The position numbers were made by a program, and so were the translations under genes. DNA of 64,000 nucleotides, from the NCBI GenBank assembly GCA_046758445.1, contig JBHIAE010000001.1, positions 114,658 through 178,657 on the forward strand, given 5' to 3'. Origin of the DNA: Candidatus Thorarchaeota archaeon. Its GTDB lineage: Archaea; Asgardarchaeota; Thorarchaeia; Thorarchaeales; Thorarchaeaceae. Positions 8,988 to 18,477 of this stretch are shown here, piece after piece. Each line of letters opens with the position of its first letter. Position 1 is the stretch's first letter. The notes under the pieces were generated by a model that saw only the letters and a list, made by a program, of their open reading frames with translations, had not been told where the DNA came from and searched no databases.

Positions 8988-11900
8988 TCATGAAGATTGT
9001 TGAGCTTCCGAGTTTCCATCAGACGCGAACCTGTAACGTTTCACGATCCTACCAATTGTGGCGATGTTTCTTGAGATGCCACGAGTTCTCCATAGGTGTA
9101 GTCCGATCTGACCAGGAGATAAGCCGGACTCACTTAGCGTGCGGATTATCTCAATCTCTTGACGTGTTACTCGCTTACGTTGCGGCCTTGCTGCTAACAT
9201 ATCGCAAAGCTCCGATAGACTCTTGGTTCTGCCCAATGCGTTCCTGAAAAGCGGGAGCTGTGCTGCCCGCCTGATAGAATCGTGACGCACTATTTCGACG
9301 CCTGATGGATGTAGATAGGATTTGACACCAAGTGATTCCAAAAGGGCTTGTGTAAAAGGGCCATTCGAGATAGATGAGATTCCCGCGCGTTGAGCAACTG
9401 GAGAGGCGTAGCCATCTCCATCGGCCAATCCTTGGACGAATGCAATGCGGGACTGTTCGGATGATGCAAGAATCCAATCACCTATGAATGGCACATGGGT
9501 CTTCTTCTCACTAGGATTGAGTCCCAAAACAACCTCTCGAAACCAGACGAACAATGGGCTGGAAACAAACAGTTCCCAAACCTCGTCCTTAGACCTCTTA
9601 ATTCTCAGGATTCGATTAGGCTTCACGCGTGAAAAAACTGAAGAAACGTCATCCAAGGCCTGTTTAGACCAAGTATAGCTCTTGCTCAGGAGACCCCTTA
9701 GGGAAAAGGATGTTTTACTGGTAATTTGAACGTAACCATCTGACACGGCAAATCCTATTACATACATAAAGTCCTGGAATCTCATTCGCATCTGCCGAAG
9801 TACCCTAAGAACATCAGAAACGTTGGTGAGCGTTTCCGGAACCTCGACCCAGTCCGAGAATACTTGCCCGTCTATTCGAGTAGGCAGCCACTTCCAATTC
9901 TCGACTGGCTCCTCCCTTGGGACTCCTTGCAGTAGACGTAGTATTCTGGGCAGTCTACTTTTGGTCCAGTGATAAACAGTAGATTCGTCAAGACTCAACG
10001 CCTCCGCAATCGCCTTTTGCGATATACCTGATTCGTACATGTCTAAGAACTTGTAATACTTAGAGCATGACTCTTCAATCTCATTGTAGTTGCTCCAGCT
10101 TCTCAAATGCGGTGCGATGTAGATTCTATCCAGTAATTGCAGAACACCTTTCATTGATCCGGCTGGTACCTTCTTTCTCAGTTCTGCTACTACTTGCCTG
10201 TTTCTGGCAGCTCGTTCGATTTGTGCGCAGATCTCAGGTCTTCCTCCGTCTACGACCCATCTTCTTGCTTTGCCGGCGGATACTCCGATATCCTCCGCCG
10301 CCTTTCGAAGTTCACTCCACCTGATGGTCTTCCTACCACCAATCGCTTCGAAGAGATCTAAGTATGCTCCGAAGTCAACGATGAGCGAATCAATGTCTTC
10401 CAGTTTCGCCAATCCAGAATAGCTTTGAGAGATTGTTCCACGGAGTTGGGATACAGAGGATATCGTGAAACCGTCTATCTTGAAGTCGTGGAGATTGACT
10501 GTCAACTTCCCAGATTGAATCATACTTCTTTCAGAGTTCGGCATGGCAGCAATTCGGACTGGCCAAGGAAGAACTCCATCGACCCACCTCTTTGTTGTGG
10601 TCGGCTTTAGTCGGAGCTTGCGGTCAACATCAGACTGCAGCATTCCACTCTCAAGAAAAGACAAGGCCTCAAAGTACAGTCTTAGTCTGCTCCACTGCCT
10701 CTCAGCTGACGGCCACAGTGATATGGAATCGGAAGTCCCGGTTTCTTCCAGGATTCTGCGAACATCTTCGGCACTCTGGACATCTCCAAGCTGTTGTCGA
10801 ATATTCAAAACTCTCTCCTGATTCTTGAAGACCTCATTCAAATACCGGAAGACCGTAGGGAGTTTCCCCTTTAGGACCCAGTTCCTTGCAGTATTGGCTG
10901 ATATTCCACTTTCTTTTGCAATTGTTGAAACATCCACATCTTCAATCGGGTCTTGCTCAGAAAACGCCGACATAACTTGGAAATAGATTTGTGCCTGTTT
11001 CATCCATTTACTGAAGTTGCGGTTTTGCCTCAGTCCTGGAAACTGTCTGTCGATTATGCTTTCAAGCTGGTCATAGGATTCTATTCGTTTACTATTGAGC
11101 TCAGGCAAAAACGTCGCAAGTTGTTTCTCTCTAGTCTTCTTGGCGGCAAGTCTGCCAACCAGGGCCGGTATTCTCTCGCCGCGGAGCCAGGCCAGCACTT
11201 CATCTTCAGGAATCCTGTATTTCAGACTCAGCTCTTTGATTTGGTCATGCCTGTACCTCTCGCGGCCGTTCCGGACTATTGTGTCAAGTTCTCCTCTCTT
11301 CCTCATTGATGAGAGTTCAATCCATGCCCTTGCCTCCTCAAGTTTCTCGTTGAAGTAAACCATTTGACGAATTTCAGGATCATTCTGAGCTTCTTCCAGT
11401 TCTTCCTCCGACGTCGGATAGTCCTGTTCGAAATGAGCTCGGACTAACTGACCCATCAGCCAATCGCCCTCACGATTCAGCAGTCTCCTGAGCGCCTCGG
11501 GCATGGACCTACCTTCACTCCAGTCCCTCGCGGTGTCTTGGTCTAGGTCAAACTCCCCGGCCAGTTCCTCAATGTCTGTTTCCTCATCTCCCTGCTCTTT
11601 CAGCGCCTTTCTGAAACGAAGATAGTTCTCAACCTCTTCCATGGTCTCTTCGTCTTCAAGCATTGATTCAAGACCATGTTTCCGTGCGAGTTTCTCGAAG
11701 TCTTCTTCATCCTCTACTAGCCCTCGGAGATACTCTCTGATAGCCTCCTTCAGCTCCTCATCAAGTTCATTGAATATCTCTCGGAGATACCTCTGCCAGT
11801 CCTCATCCTCGCGCGAGTAGTGCTCTGGCCAATCCGATGATTCAGTATCACTCTCAGTCGCCTCAGAGTCCTCCTCACCCTTATCATGATTGGTCTTCTC

Positions 11901-12821
11901 TTCTGCTGATTCTGGATGCTTCTTGACGTGCTCGTACTCTTCTTTATGCAGAGATTCGCCCTGTTCAGCCCTGATACTCTCTTGCGATTTGCTATCGGGT
12001 TTCTCTTCAGATGTTTCTGTTTTGAGTTCGGAGTGTTTCCTGCTTTCCACAGATTCTTGGTCTTCAGGGTCCAAGGCCTCAGACTCTTCGGTTTCGTTCC
12101 CCCTCTCCGATAGTTCTTGTTCCTTCTCAGTCGCAGACGCACTGCCTTCGGGCAGGCCGGGTTTCTCCGACGGCTCCGTGTCTTCTTTCTGCGATTCACT
12201 TTCAGGTTCCGCTACAGTTTCGGAACCAGCGCTCTCGTTGGCGGAACTCTGTGTGGCGTACATCTGTCCGCTACCGTCATCGAAGTACGAATGATCATCC
12301 TCTGTTCTCCTCTGCCCTGTCTCTCCATCTCCCTCCTCATCGTCCCCCTCCTCCTTCCCATCAACTGATTCACCAATGTACTCCATGACGTCTTCGACGA
12401 ATTGTTCACGCCAGCGTTTCTTCATATCTTCTGGGTCCACACCTCGCTTGTCAAATTCGTCAAGGATCTTCTTCTCGAGATCGTCGTACTTCTCCTTGTC
12501 AGCAGTTTCTTCTCTCTCTCTGCGAGCCTCTTCCCTAGCTTCCTCTCTCTCTAGTTCCCTCCTTCTGTAGTCTTCATATGCCTCTCGTCTTTCCTCTTCC
12601 TCACGTTCCAGGTCCTTTACGGCATCTTTGACGGAGTCCTCGGGCTCTTCGGGATACTCTTCTCCTTCTTGCTCTTGATTCTGATGGGTTTCTTCATCTT
12701 CCCTCTCTCTCTCAATCTGGTCTATAATCTCGCGCATCTGTCGTCGAATCTCTTCTTCGTCTTGAGACTCACGCTGACCTTCTTGTCCTCGTCTGCCTCG
12801 TTCACTTCCCTCCCCCATCAT
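8988..12821 (-). CDS. 1277-aa protein: acidic low-complexity N-terminus, ~6 HTH-like repeats, double LAGLIDADG endonuclease domain, C-terminal HTH
   Basis: E/D-rich first ~370 aa; recurring HTH-W-x4/5-P units; LAGLIDADG-like motifs FMYVIGFAVSDG and IAFVQGLADGDG. Confidence 0.8.
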   Translation of the reverse strand: MMGEGSERGRRGQEGQRESQDEEEIRRQMREIIDQIEREREDEETHQNQEQEGEEYPEEPEDSVKDAVKDLEREEEERREAYEDYRRRELEREEAREEARREREETADKEKYDDLEKKILDEFDKRGVDPEDMKKRWREQFVEDVMEYIGESVDGKEEGDDEEGDGETGQRRTEDDHSYFDDGSGQMYATQSSANESAGSETVAEPESESQKEDTEPSEKPGLPEGSASATEKEQELSERGNETEESEALDPEDQESVESRKHSELKTETSEEKPDSKSQESIRAEQGESLHKEEYEHVKKHPESAEEKTNHDKGEEDSEATESDTESSDWPEHYSREDEDWQRYLREIFNELDEELKEAIREYLRGLVEDEEDFEKLARKHGLESMLEDEETMEEVENYLRFRKALKEQGDEETDIEELAGEFDLDQDTARDWSEGRSMPEALRRLLNREGDWLMGQLVRAHFEQDYPTSEEELEEAQNDPEIRQMVYFNEKLEEARAWIELSSMRKRGELDTIVRNGRERYRHDQIKELSLKYRIPEDEVLAWLRGERIPALVGRLAAKKTREKQLATFLPELNSKRIESYDQLESIIDRQFPGLRQNRNFSKWMKQAQIYFQVMSAFSEQDPIEDVDVSTIAKESGISANTARNWVLKGKLPTVFRYLNEVFKNQERVLNIRQQLGDVQSAEDVRRILEETGTSDSISLWPSAERQWSRLRLYFEALSFLESGMLQSDVDRKLRLKPTTTKRWVDGVLPWPVRIAAMPNSERSMIQSGKLTVNLHDFKIDGFTISSVSQLRGTISQSYSGLAKLEDIDSLIVDFGAYLDLFEAIGGRKTIRWSELRKAAEDIGVSAGKARRWVVDGGRPEICAQIERAARNRQVVAELRKKVPAGSMKGVLQLLDRIYIAPHLRSWSNYNEIEESCSKYYKFLDMYESGISQKAIAEALSLDESTVYHWTKSRLPRILRLLQGVPREEPVENWKWLPTRIDGQVFSDWVEVPETLTNVSDVLRVLRQMRMRFQDFMYVIGFAVSDGYVQITSKTSFSLRGLLSKSYTWSKQALDDVSSVFSRVKPNRILRIKRSKDEVWELFVSSPLFVWFREVVLGLNPSEKKTHVPFIGDWILASSEQSRIAFVQGLADGDGYASPVAQRAGISSISNGPFTQALLESLGVKSYLHPSGVEIVRHDSIRRAAQLPLFRNALGRTKSLSELCDMLAARPQRKRVTRQEIEIIRTLSESGLSPGQIGLHLWRTRGISRNIATIGRIVKRYRFASDGNSEAQQSS

Positions 12822-15800
12822 TCGCCCGTTTCTCCGTCAAGTGCCTTGGTAACATGATTGAACACATCCCGGTCCTTCTCGGTGTCAAGATATTCGAGCG
12901 CCAAGTCTAAGACGTATAGGTTTGAGAGTGAGCTTCCGCCACCATGTATCTCTGAAGTCTTGCGAATCAGTTCCGTCAGTGCACCGATGTCCTCCTTGCC
13001 TAGGTTTTCGCGGAAGTATCTCTCAAACTCTCCACTCTCGACTGCAGCCCTCATCCGTTCTCTGCTTTCCCGAGGGATTCGGTGTGACCAATCGTGATTG
13101 TCCGGCACTCTTGTAGTCGTTAGAAGGTCCATTATGTCCTCAGGCAGGGGCTCTGACTCTCGAAACTCAGGGTGCTCATCGAAGACCCTACTCATGTGAT
13201 TCTCGACGATGTCATCTCCTGTATCCTCCTCTGGAACCTCGCCATGGATGAACCATCTCAGAGGGCAAATCTTCACGTTCTTGGGTTCTCCCTCGTGCTG
13301 AAGGTATATTACTGCCTCTCCTACCTGCATTCCTCCTATGTGGTCTATCTGAGAGGCAGTACATCTGGAATGCTTACCAACCATGGTCCTATCGTCTTCG
13401 TGAGGAAGAGCATGAATCACAAGATTGACGGGTATCTTGATTGCCTGAGAAACCAACGTGCTTGGGGACTGGTCGATGAGAATCACACCAAGTCCAGTTC
13501 CTCCGAGGACTCTCAGCATCTGAATGAAGGCACTGACGGCCTGCAGCCTAACGCCTGAGTTTGCCTCTCCAGATAAGTCAGACCCACCAAGAAGGTAGTG
13601 TGCCTCCTCCAAGACGAGCAGGTTTGTGACCCTCCTTGATGGATTGGCCAGCTTGTATTCGCTCAGTGCAGCAGTCAGGACGCCAATGAGCAGGATCTTG
13701 TCGTTCTCAGACAGGTCGTCCATCTCAATGATGGTGGGATGAGCTAATAGCTCGGAAACGGTGATGCCTGTCGAAGTGTTGTACATTTTCACCAAGGAGG
13801 GTTTCCTAAGGATGCTCTTGACCCTTGCAACCAATGCGCCCCAGATATTGCTCGTGACCTCATCTCCGTAGGGCAGTTTCTCACCCACCTCTCTCACGGC
13901 ATCCACTAGGTCAGTGAGAAGAATAGGTCTGCCCTTTGTGTTGGTTTCCAAGTCCCACCCGCATTTCTTGTAGACCGTATAGATCACATCCTCGATGTGC
14001 ATGGAGATGACCTTCTCATTGGGCATCCAGAGTGTCCAGACCTGTACGACCCGGTCGACCCACTTGGTGAGCCGCACCCCCTCTGGCGGGTTCCAGATGT
14101 TGATTGAGAGGTTCGCCACATTGGTCCTTCCGCAGGTGAACACTCGGAGGTCAGGAAAGAGCTTCAGTAACCATCTCCACTCATAGCCCTTTGATGGCAC
14201 CAACACTACCGGATTCACGCCCAGAGTGATGGCCTGACCAATGATGCTCTTGACCGAGGTTGATTTACCCATTCGCGTACCACCAAGAACACCGAGATGC
14301 ATGTCCATATGGTCAGGCTCGCTTTTCACGTACACATTCGACTGGATGTTTCCGTTCTCGTCCATGGGATTTCCAAGATAGAGAGATGGTGAGCGCTTCT
14401 TCCACATGACAGTCGAGGGCACAAGCGATTCGAATGTACTTGATTGGTACATAGTAGAGCTTGCTTTCTTGGAGGGTTCCCTAGTTCCTGATGAGAACTT
14501 CTCCCTCTTTGTGGTTCTGATACCAATGTCTCTTCTGGGAAGGATGAGATAGACTGTGGCCTCTTCGGCGGTGAGAACAGACGACTTGCCAGTTGGGAGC
14601 CCATTCAGTAGTCTGGCGATCTCCTTGTCCTTTCGTCTGTAGTCAACGGTGAGCTCATCATCTCTGCTGCTGGGTCTGACCGTACCAGAGAGTGCGAAGG
14701 CGATTCGCCTGACCTCAAGGTCTGCTGAAGCAATGTCAGGGGCCCATGAAACCATTGAAACCGTCGTCTGGAACAGCTTCTGACTGGAGAGCCGTGCGTG
14801 ACGTTTCTCTAATCGCTCCGCCTCCAGTTTCGCATCCAGATTGACGACGGTCTTTGACTCTTGATGAGGTCCTGAGAACAGTCCGCCACTCTCTCTTATC
14901 TTGGTCGTCTGGGACCTCTCCTCGGCCTCTTCGTAACGGGCCTTCAGGGACCTCAACTTTCTCTTACTCACCTGAGTGGGCTCAAAAGAGACCTGAAACA
15001 CTCCCCTCTCAAGGTCCTGCAAGACTCCTGTCATGGGGTCAAGCGGGTCTTTTCTCTGTGCCTCATCCCTGACAGACAGGGGTATACCGTTGACTATTGC
15101 AGCGGAGCCCTTGTCATCCTTCGCTAGGGCGAGTCCACTGAAGGAGTCCAAAACATCAAACTTGAACCCAGACAGGTTTTCCTTGAGAGCATCGTGCATT
15201 ACAGTCCTCTGATGTTCAAGTAAGGCCTCATCCTTTGACCAAGTCAGGAAGAACACGCGTGTACGATTCCGAATGCGTTCGATACGCAGGGCGAAGGGAA
15301 CAGCTGAGAGGCTTCGGATTATGTTGTGGAACTGCTCCACCATGGTTGTCTGGTTGTTTCTTCCTTCTTCGTCGAAGGCGTAGTCGTGTGGTATCTCTTT
15401 GAGCTCAATGGCCAAGACCTTCTCCGGATCCCTCTTGAACATCATCCCACCTGTGGAGTATGATTGCATTTTATCTCCTATCGATTTCGAGGAAGTGGTG
15501 ATGAGCCCAGTTTTGGCAACGCCCGTCTTCCGACGAAGCAGAAGAGGGACGGTAAGTCCTATCATTGTCACAACTAGCACAGCAACATTGAGAGCGTTGC
15601 CAAAGAGAGGGACTGGTATCCAAGAAAGAAGGACAAGCGTCGCAAGTGCTATGCAGCCTACGCCTATCAGCAGACCAATGACTAGAGAGTAGAGCCAAGA
15701 CCGCAGGTTTTTGGTCAGTAATAGGCTACCCGCTCCAAATAGAAAGACAAATCCAACAAGAAGCAAGGCATTGCCCGTCCACTGAGATGGCACCCATGGG

Positions 15801-15910
15801 AAGAGCAGGAGCAGAAACAAGACACCGGAAGCTGGAATAACTGTCAACAGCATTAGTAACAGACCTTTGAATGCCCAAGAAACCCATGAAGATGACCTCT
15901 CATCTGTCAT
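12818..15910 (-). CDS. Membrane-anchored HerA/FtsK/VirB4-superfamily ATPase
   Basis: About 4 N-terminal hydrophobic helices, Walker A GGTRMGKS, Walker B LLVLEEAH and LIDQSP. ATGA overlap with the downstream gene. Start placed at ATG 15910. Confidence 0.85.
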   Translation of the reverse strand: MTDERSSSWVSWAFKGLLLMLLTVIPASGVLFLLLLFPWVPSQWTGNALLLVGFVFLFGAGSLLLTKNLRSWLYSLVIGLLIGVGCIALATLVLLSWIPVPLFGNALNVAVLVVTMIGLTVPLLLRRKTGVAKTGLITTSSKSIGDKMQSYSTGGMMFKRDPEKVLAIELKEIPHDYAFDEEGRNNQTTMVEQFHNIIRSLSAVPFALRIERIRNRTRVFFLTWSKDEALLEHQRTVMHDALKENLSGFKFDVLDSFSGLALAKDDKGSAAIVNGIPLSVRDEAQRKDPLDPMTGVLQDLERGVFQVSFEPTQVSKRKLRSLKARYEEAEERSQTTKIRESGGLFSGPHQESKTVVNLDAKLEAERLEKRHARLSSQKLFQTTVSMVSWAPDIASADLEVRRIAFALSGTVRPSSRDDELTVDYRRKDKEIARLLNGLPTGKSSVLTAEEATVYLILPRRDIGIRTTKREKFSSGTREPSKKASSTMYQSSTFESLVPSTVMWKKRSPSLYLGNPMDENGNIQSNVYVKSEPDHMDMHLGVLGGTRMGKSTSVKSIIGQAITLGVNPVVLVPSKGYEWRWLLKLFPDLRVFTCGRTNVANLSINIWNPPEGVRLTKWVDRVVQVWTLWMPNEKVISMHIEDVIYTVYKKCGWDLETNTKGRPILLTDLVDAVREVGEKLPYGDEVTSNIWGALVARVKSILRKPSLVKMYNTSTGITVSELLAHPTIIEMDDLSENDKILLIGVLTAALSEYKLANPSRRVTNLLVLEEAHYLLGGSDLSGEANSGVRLQAVSAFIQMLRVLGGTGLGVILIDQSPSTLVSQAIKIPVNLVIHALPHEDDRTMVGKHSRCTASQIDHIGGMQVGEAVIYLQHEGEPKNVKICPLRWFIHGEVPEEDTGDDIVENHMSRVFDEHPEFRESEPLPEDIMDLLTTTRVPDNHDWSHRIPRESRERMRAAVESGEFERYFRENLGKEDIGALTELIRKTSEIHGGGSSLSNLYVLDLALEYLDTEKDRDVFNHVTKALDGETGE

Positions 15911-15947
15911 GCACCCAACTCTCCTGGCCATTCATCCGGGTTCGGAG

Positions 15948-16214
15948 TCAGCTTGTCCAGCTCTCACAACCATCAGGGTCACAAAGTACCTGTTGGGACT
16001 TGAGCCCCTCGCTGACTGACTCAAGCCACTTCATGAAGAGCAGGGACTCACCAGTGTCATCGACCATGACATCGTACTCTACAGGGAGGTCGTACCTTGG
16101 AGCTGGCGTTCTCCTCACATCTGCACAGGCCTCACGGGTCACTGTGTAGCCTCGGTCTTTGCCGAGGTCTGACCAGTCGACCGGTGAATGACCGCTCTCG
16201 AAATCTACTGACAT
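15948..16214 (-). CDS. Small hypothetical protein (3' end possibly frameshifted)
   Basis: SD-like GGAGGAAGGTG before ATG 16214. An alternative frame from ~15963 reads ELDKLTPNPDEWPGELGA* and overlaps the ATPase start (ATGA). Confidence 0.5.
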   Translation of the reverse strand: MSVDFESGHSPVDWSDLGKDRGYTVTREACADVRRTPAPRYDLPVEYDVMVDDTGESLLFMKWLESVSEGLKSQQVLCDPDGCESWTS

Positions 16215-16646
16215 CTTCACCTTCCTCCGACTCAGCAGGTCGCTGTCCGACCAGACTGAGACCTAGACCTAGGTTGTGTAGATACTTGCCCCTGTATTAG
16301 TTAAGTTGCACTATGATGTGGATTAGGCCCTCTCGCCGGTGCTTTCGGTGTAAAGACAGCCTCTGGTGGGTGTTGGAGGGTTAATCTCCTCTCATATGCC
16401 TCAAAGACTGTCACGGAACGGTCATAACCGACAGAGCCGCTCAGTGTCGTACTCAAGTGTACATGTTCGTCCGACGGACACTTCGATGAAAGGCCAGCTC
16501 TTCCATGAAGCGAGACAGAACCTCTACTAGGTTCAGTTTCTAGTCCTTGATTCTTGGCTGAGACCGTTTTGTGTGGTCCAAGATCTGACTAGTGAGTGCT
16601 TCAACCTGTTCCTGTTATCTTTGATGATGGGATTTGGGGGTTACGA

Positions 16647-16889
16647 TTACAAGTGAAAGAGTCCAGCAAGAGGGTTGGGTGAGTTCTGTTCTTCCTCCTG
16701 TTGTGTGTGGAGGTCGCTGACCTCACGATGACGTTCAGGCTGATCACGACCATACTAGACCTAGAAGATGTAGTCCGGGTCATGGGGGTCGTCCTTATCG
16801 GTGTGATAGACACAGTATTGACCATCATGCTGTTGTTCGTAATGGCGTCAGAAGTCTTCAGGTGTGACAGGGAAGTAATGTCTACACAT
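16647..16889 (-). pseudogene. Small ORF with three in-frame stop codons
   Basis: GAGGT SD, then ATG 16889. Translation: MCRHYFPVTPEDF*RHYEQQHDGQYCVYHTDKDDPHDPDYIF*V*YGRDQPERH...LFHL*. Confidence 0.4.
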
Positions 16890-16910
16890 ACTATACCTCG
16901 GACATATACG

Positions 16911-16958
16911 CATATGCTCCACTGGACAAGTAAGGGCTGGTTTATAGGGGAGCATATG
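16911..16958. promoter_or_regulatory. Perfect 10-bp inverted repeat bracketing a TATA box
   Basis: CATATGCTCC (16911-16920) and GGAGCATATG (16949-16958); TTTATA at 16941-16946; ATG at 16970. Confidence 0.5.
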
Positions 16959-16969
16959 GACTCAGAAGT

Positions 16970-17524
16970 ATGCAAGCCAAGACAAAAGAGCCTCTGGTGA
17001 TTGAGCCCTCACTGGATGATCTCACCAGTGGACGGGTGAAGAGCCCCGAGATCATCACAATGACCGCCTCCACCTTCGGAGGTATTGGTGATGGGAAGGT
17101 CCAGAAGTATATGACCGAGTGGCGGCCTCACTACTCGGGATCATCAAAGGGTGAGGTCCACTTCGACCACGGGGAGTTTGACACCGGCCGGAGGGTCTCA
17201 AGGATGATGCCCTGGCAGGTCCCTCAGCGTCACTGGGTCGCTGCGAACAAGGCTGGGGGAGTGATCTTCAACAGGAACCGATACAAGCTGGCACGGCTCT
17301 ATGGGAGTAGGAGTAGGGACTCAGGGACCACGCTGCACCTTGCCACGGTTCGGGATGAGTCGGGTGAGGAGCATCTGGAGCTGTTCGCAGGCACCGCCGA
17401 CGTTGAGCTGTGGGTAGTCCTCTCAGGCCTGATTCATGGAGAGAAGCTCACCATCGTTGATGTCAAGGAGATAAGTCCTAGACTTGCGAGACCTCACTTT
17501 TGGAGTGGTCTTTGGTTTCTCTGA
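16970..17524 (+). CDS. Hypothetical protein
   Basis: 184-aa ORF with protein-like composition and a TATA box ~25 bp upstream (leaderless geometry). Confidence 0.6.
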   Translation: MQAKTKEPLVIEPSLDDLTSGRVKSPEIITMTASTFGGIGDGKVQKYMTEWRPHYSGSSKGEVHFDHGEFDTGRRVSRMMPWQVPQRHWVAANKAGGVIFNRNRYKLARLYGSRSRDSGTTLHLATVRDESGEEHLELFAGTADVELWVVLSGLIHGEKLTIVDVKEISPRLARPHFWSGLWFL

Positions 17525-17636
17525 TAGCAGTCTTGAAGGCACGCAATACAACCTGACTCTTGGAGAAAGCATTGGTATCTCGGATAGCGTTGTAGTGACG
17601 ATATCCTTCACCGTTTTCGAATTGTTCTTGGGTAGA

Positions 17637-17993
17637 ATGATAGACACCTTCATCAATGCCCTGGAGTTTCTGACGCAAGCTCCGACGCTTCTCCAGTTCC
17701 TACTAACGTTCGTTCTTCCAATAACCTTAATCAATGAAGGGGCTGTCACTCCAGTTCCATCCTTACCGAACGATTGGGAGAAACTCAGGAGGAATCTGCC
17801 GGGGAAGATTGACCGATGCAAGATATCTGTGGTGTTCGTTGTCGTTGGACTTCTGTCCTACATTCTTGGCCTTTCTGAGAATCTCACAATCGCTTCTGGA
17901 CATTGGGGCTGGGTGTTGCTGTTTGGTGGGTCCTTTCTTGCCATCGCTCTGCTCATGTGCGTGTTAGTTCTTATGGCTAAATCCAAGTTGTGA
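17637..17993 (+). CDS. Small hypothetical membrane protein
   Basis: About 3 hydrophobic segments. Start placed at ATG 17637 within the track ORF 17484..17993. Confidence 0.5.
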   Translation: MIDTFINALEFLTQAPTLLQFLLTFVLPITLINEGAVTPVPSLPNDWEKLRRNLPGKIDRCKISVVFVVVGLLSYILGLSENLTIASGHWGWVLLFGGSFLAIALLMCVLVLMAKSKL

Positions 17994-18003
17994 GGACCCC
18001 TTC

Positions 18004-18450
18004 TCAGTCCTCCGCAACTGCTCTCGGCATCAACTGCTTGGCTGCATCACGTTCCCTTCGATCCCATGCATACCGTGTGAACTCAGCCTCATCGACAAGG
18101 CTCCTGTACTCACTGAGAGCACCACCTAGTTTCCTAGCGGCCTCAACGAGCTCACCCCATGCCTCCATGTAGTCCTCGTCCAGTCCATCGATGTTGTACT
18201 CGATTGCGACATCATATCCGTGTGCCCCAAAGGAGGACTGCCATCCTGCCATGTCTGCGAGGCTGAAGAGATGAGCACTCACGTCAAAGTAGGACTCATC
18301 GTCAAACATGACATAGGGCAGCATCGGCCTACGTTCTGGATGGTCCCGTGCCATCCCCGAACACGAGCTGGTCGTCGCAAACCCGAGCTCGTTCAGTTCC
18401 CTGATGTGACGCTTTATCGACTTGTCAACGCCCATGATGAAGTCGTCCAC
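18004..18450 (-). CDS. Hypothetical protein with TYW3-like N-terminal motif
   Basis: VDKSIKRHIRELNELGFATTSSCSG; similar to its neighbour 18478..18945. Confidence 0.65.
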   Translation of the reverse strand: MDDFIMGVDKSIKRHIRELNELGFATTSSCSGMARDHPERRPMLPYVMFDDESYFDVSAHLFSLADMAGWQSSFGAHGYDVAIEYNIDGLDEDYMEAWGELVEAARKLGGALSEYRSLVDEAEFTRYAWDRRERDAAKQLMPRAVAED

Positions 18451-18477
18451 TCTTTGATGCTCGTTCTCAGGGACCTC

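Noticed and set aside
11880-12800. GA/TC-rich repetitive DNA as a repeat array or CRISPR
   Set aside because: It is explained by Glu/Arg-rich coding sequence; there are no fixed-length repeats with spacers.
15907-15975. Second BHB intron at the apparent frameshift of the small ORF upstream of the ATPase
   Set aside because: No bulge-helix-bulge geometry could be built; a 1-nt deletion or a genuine stop is simpler.
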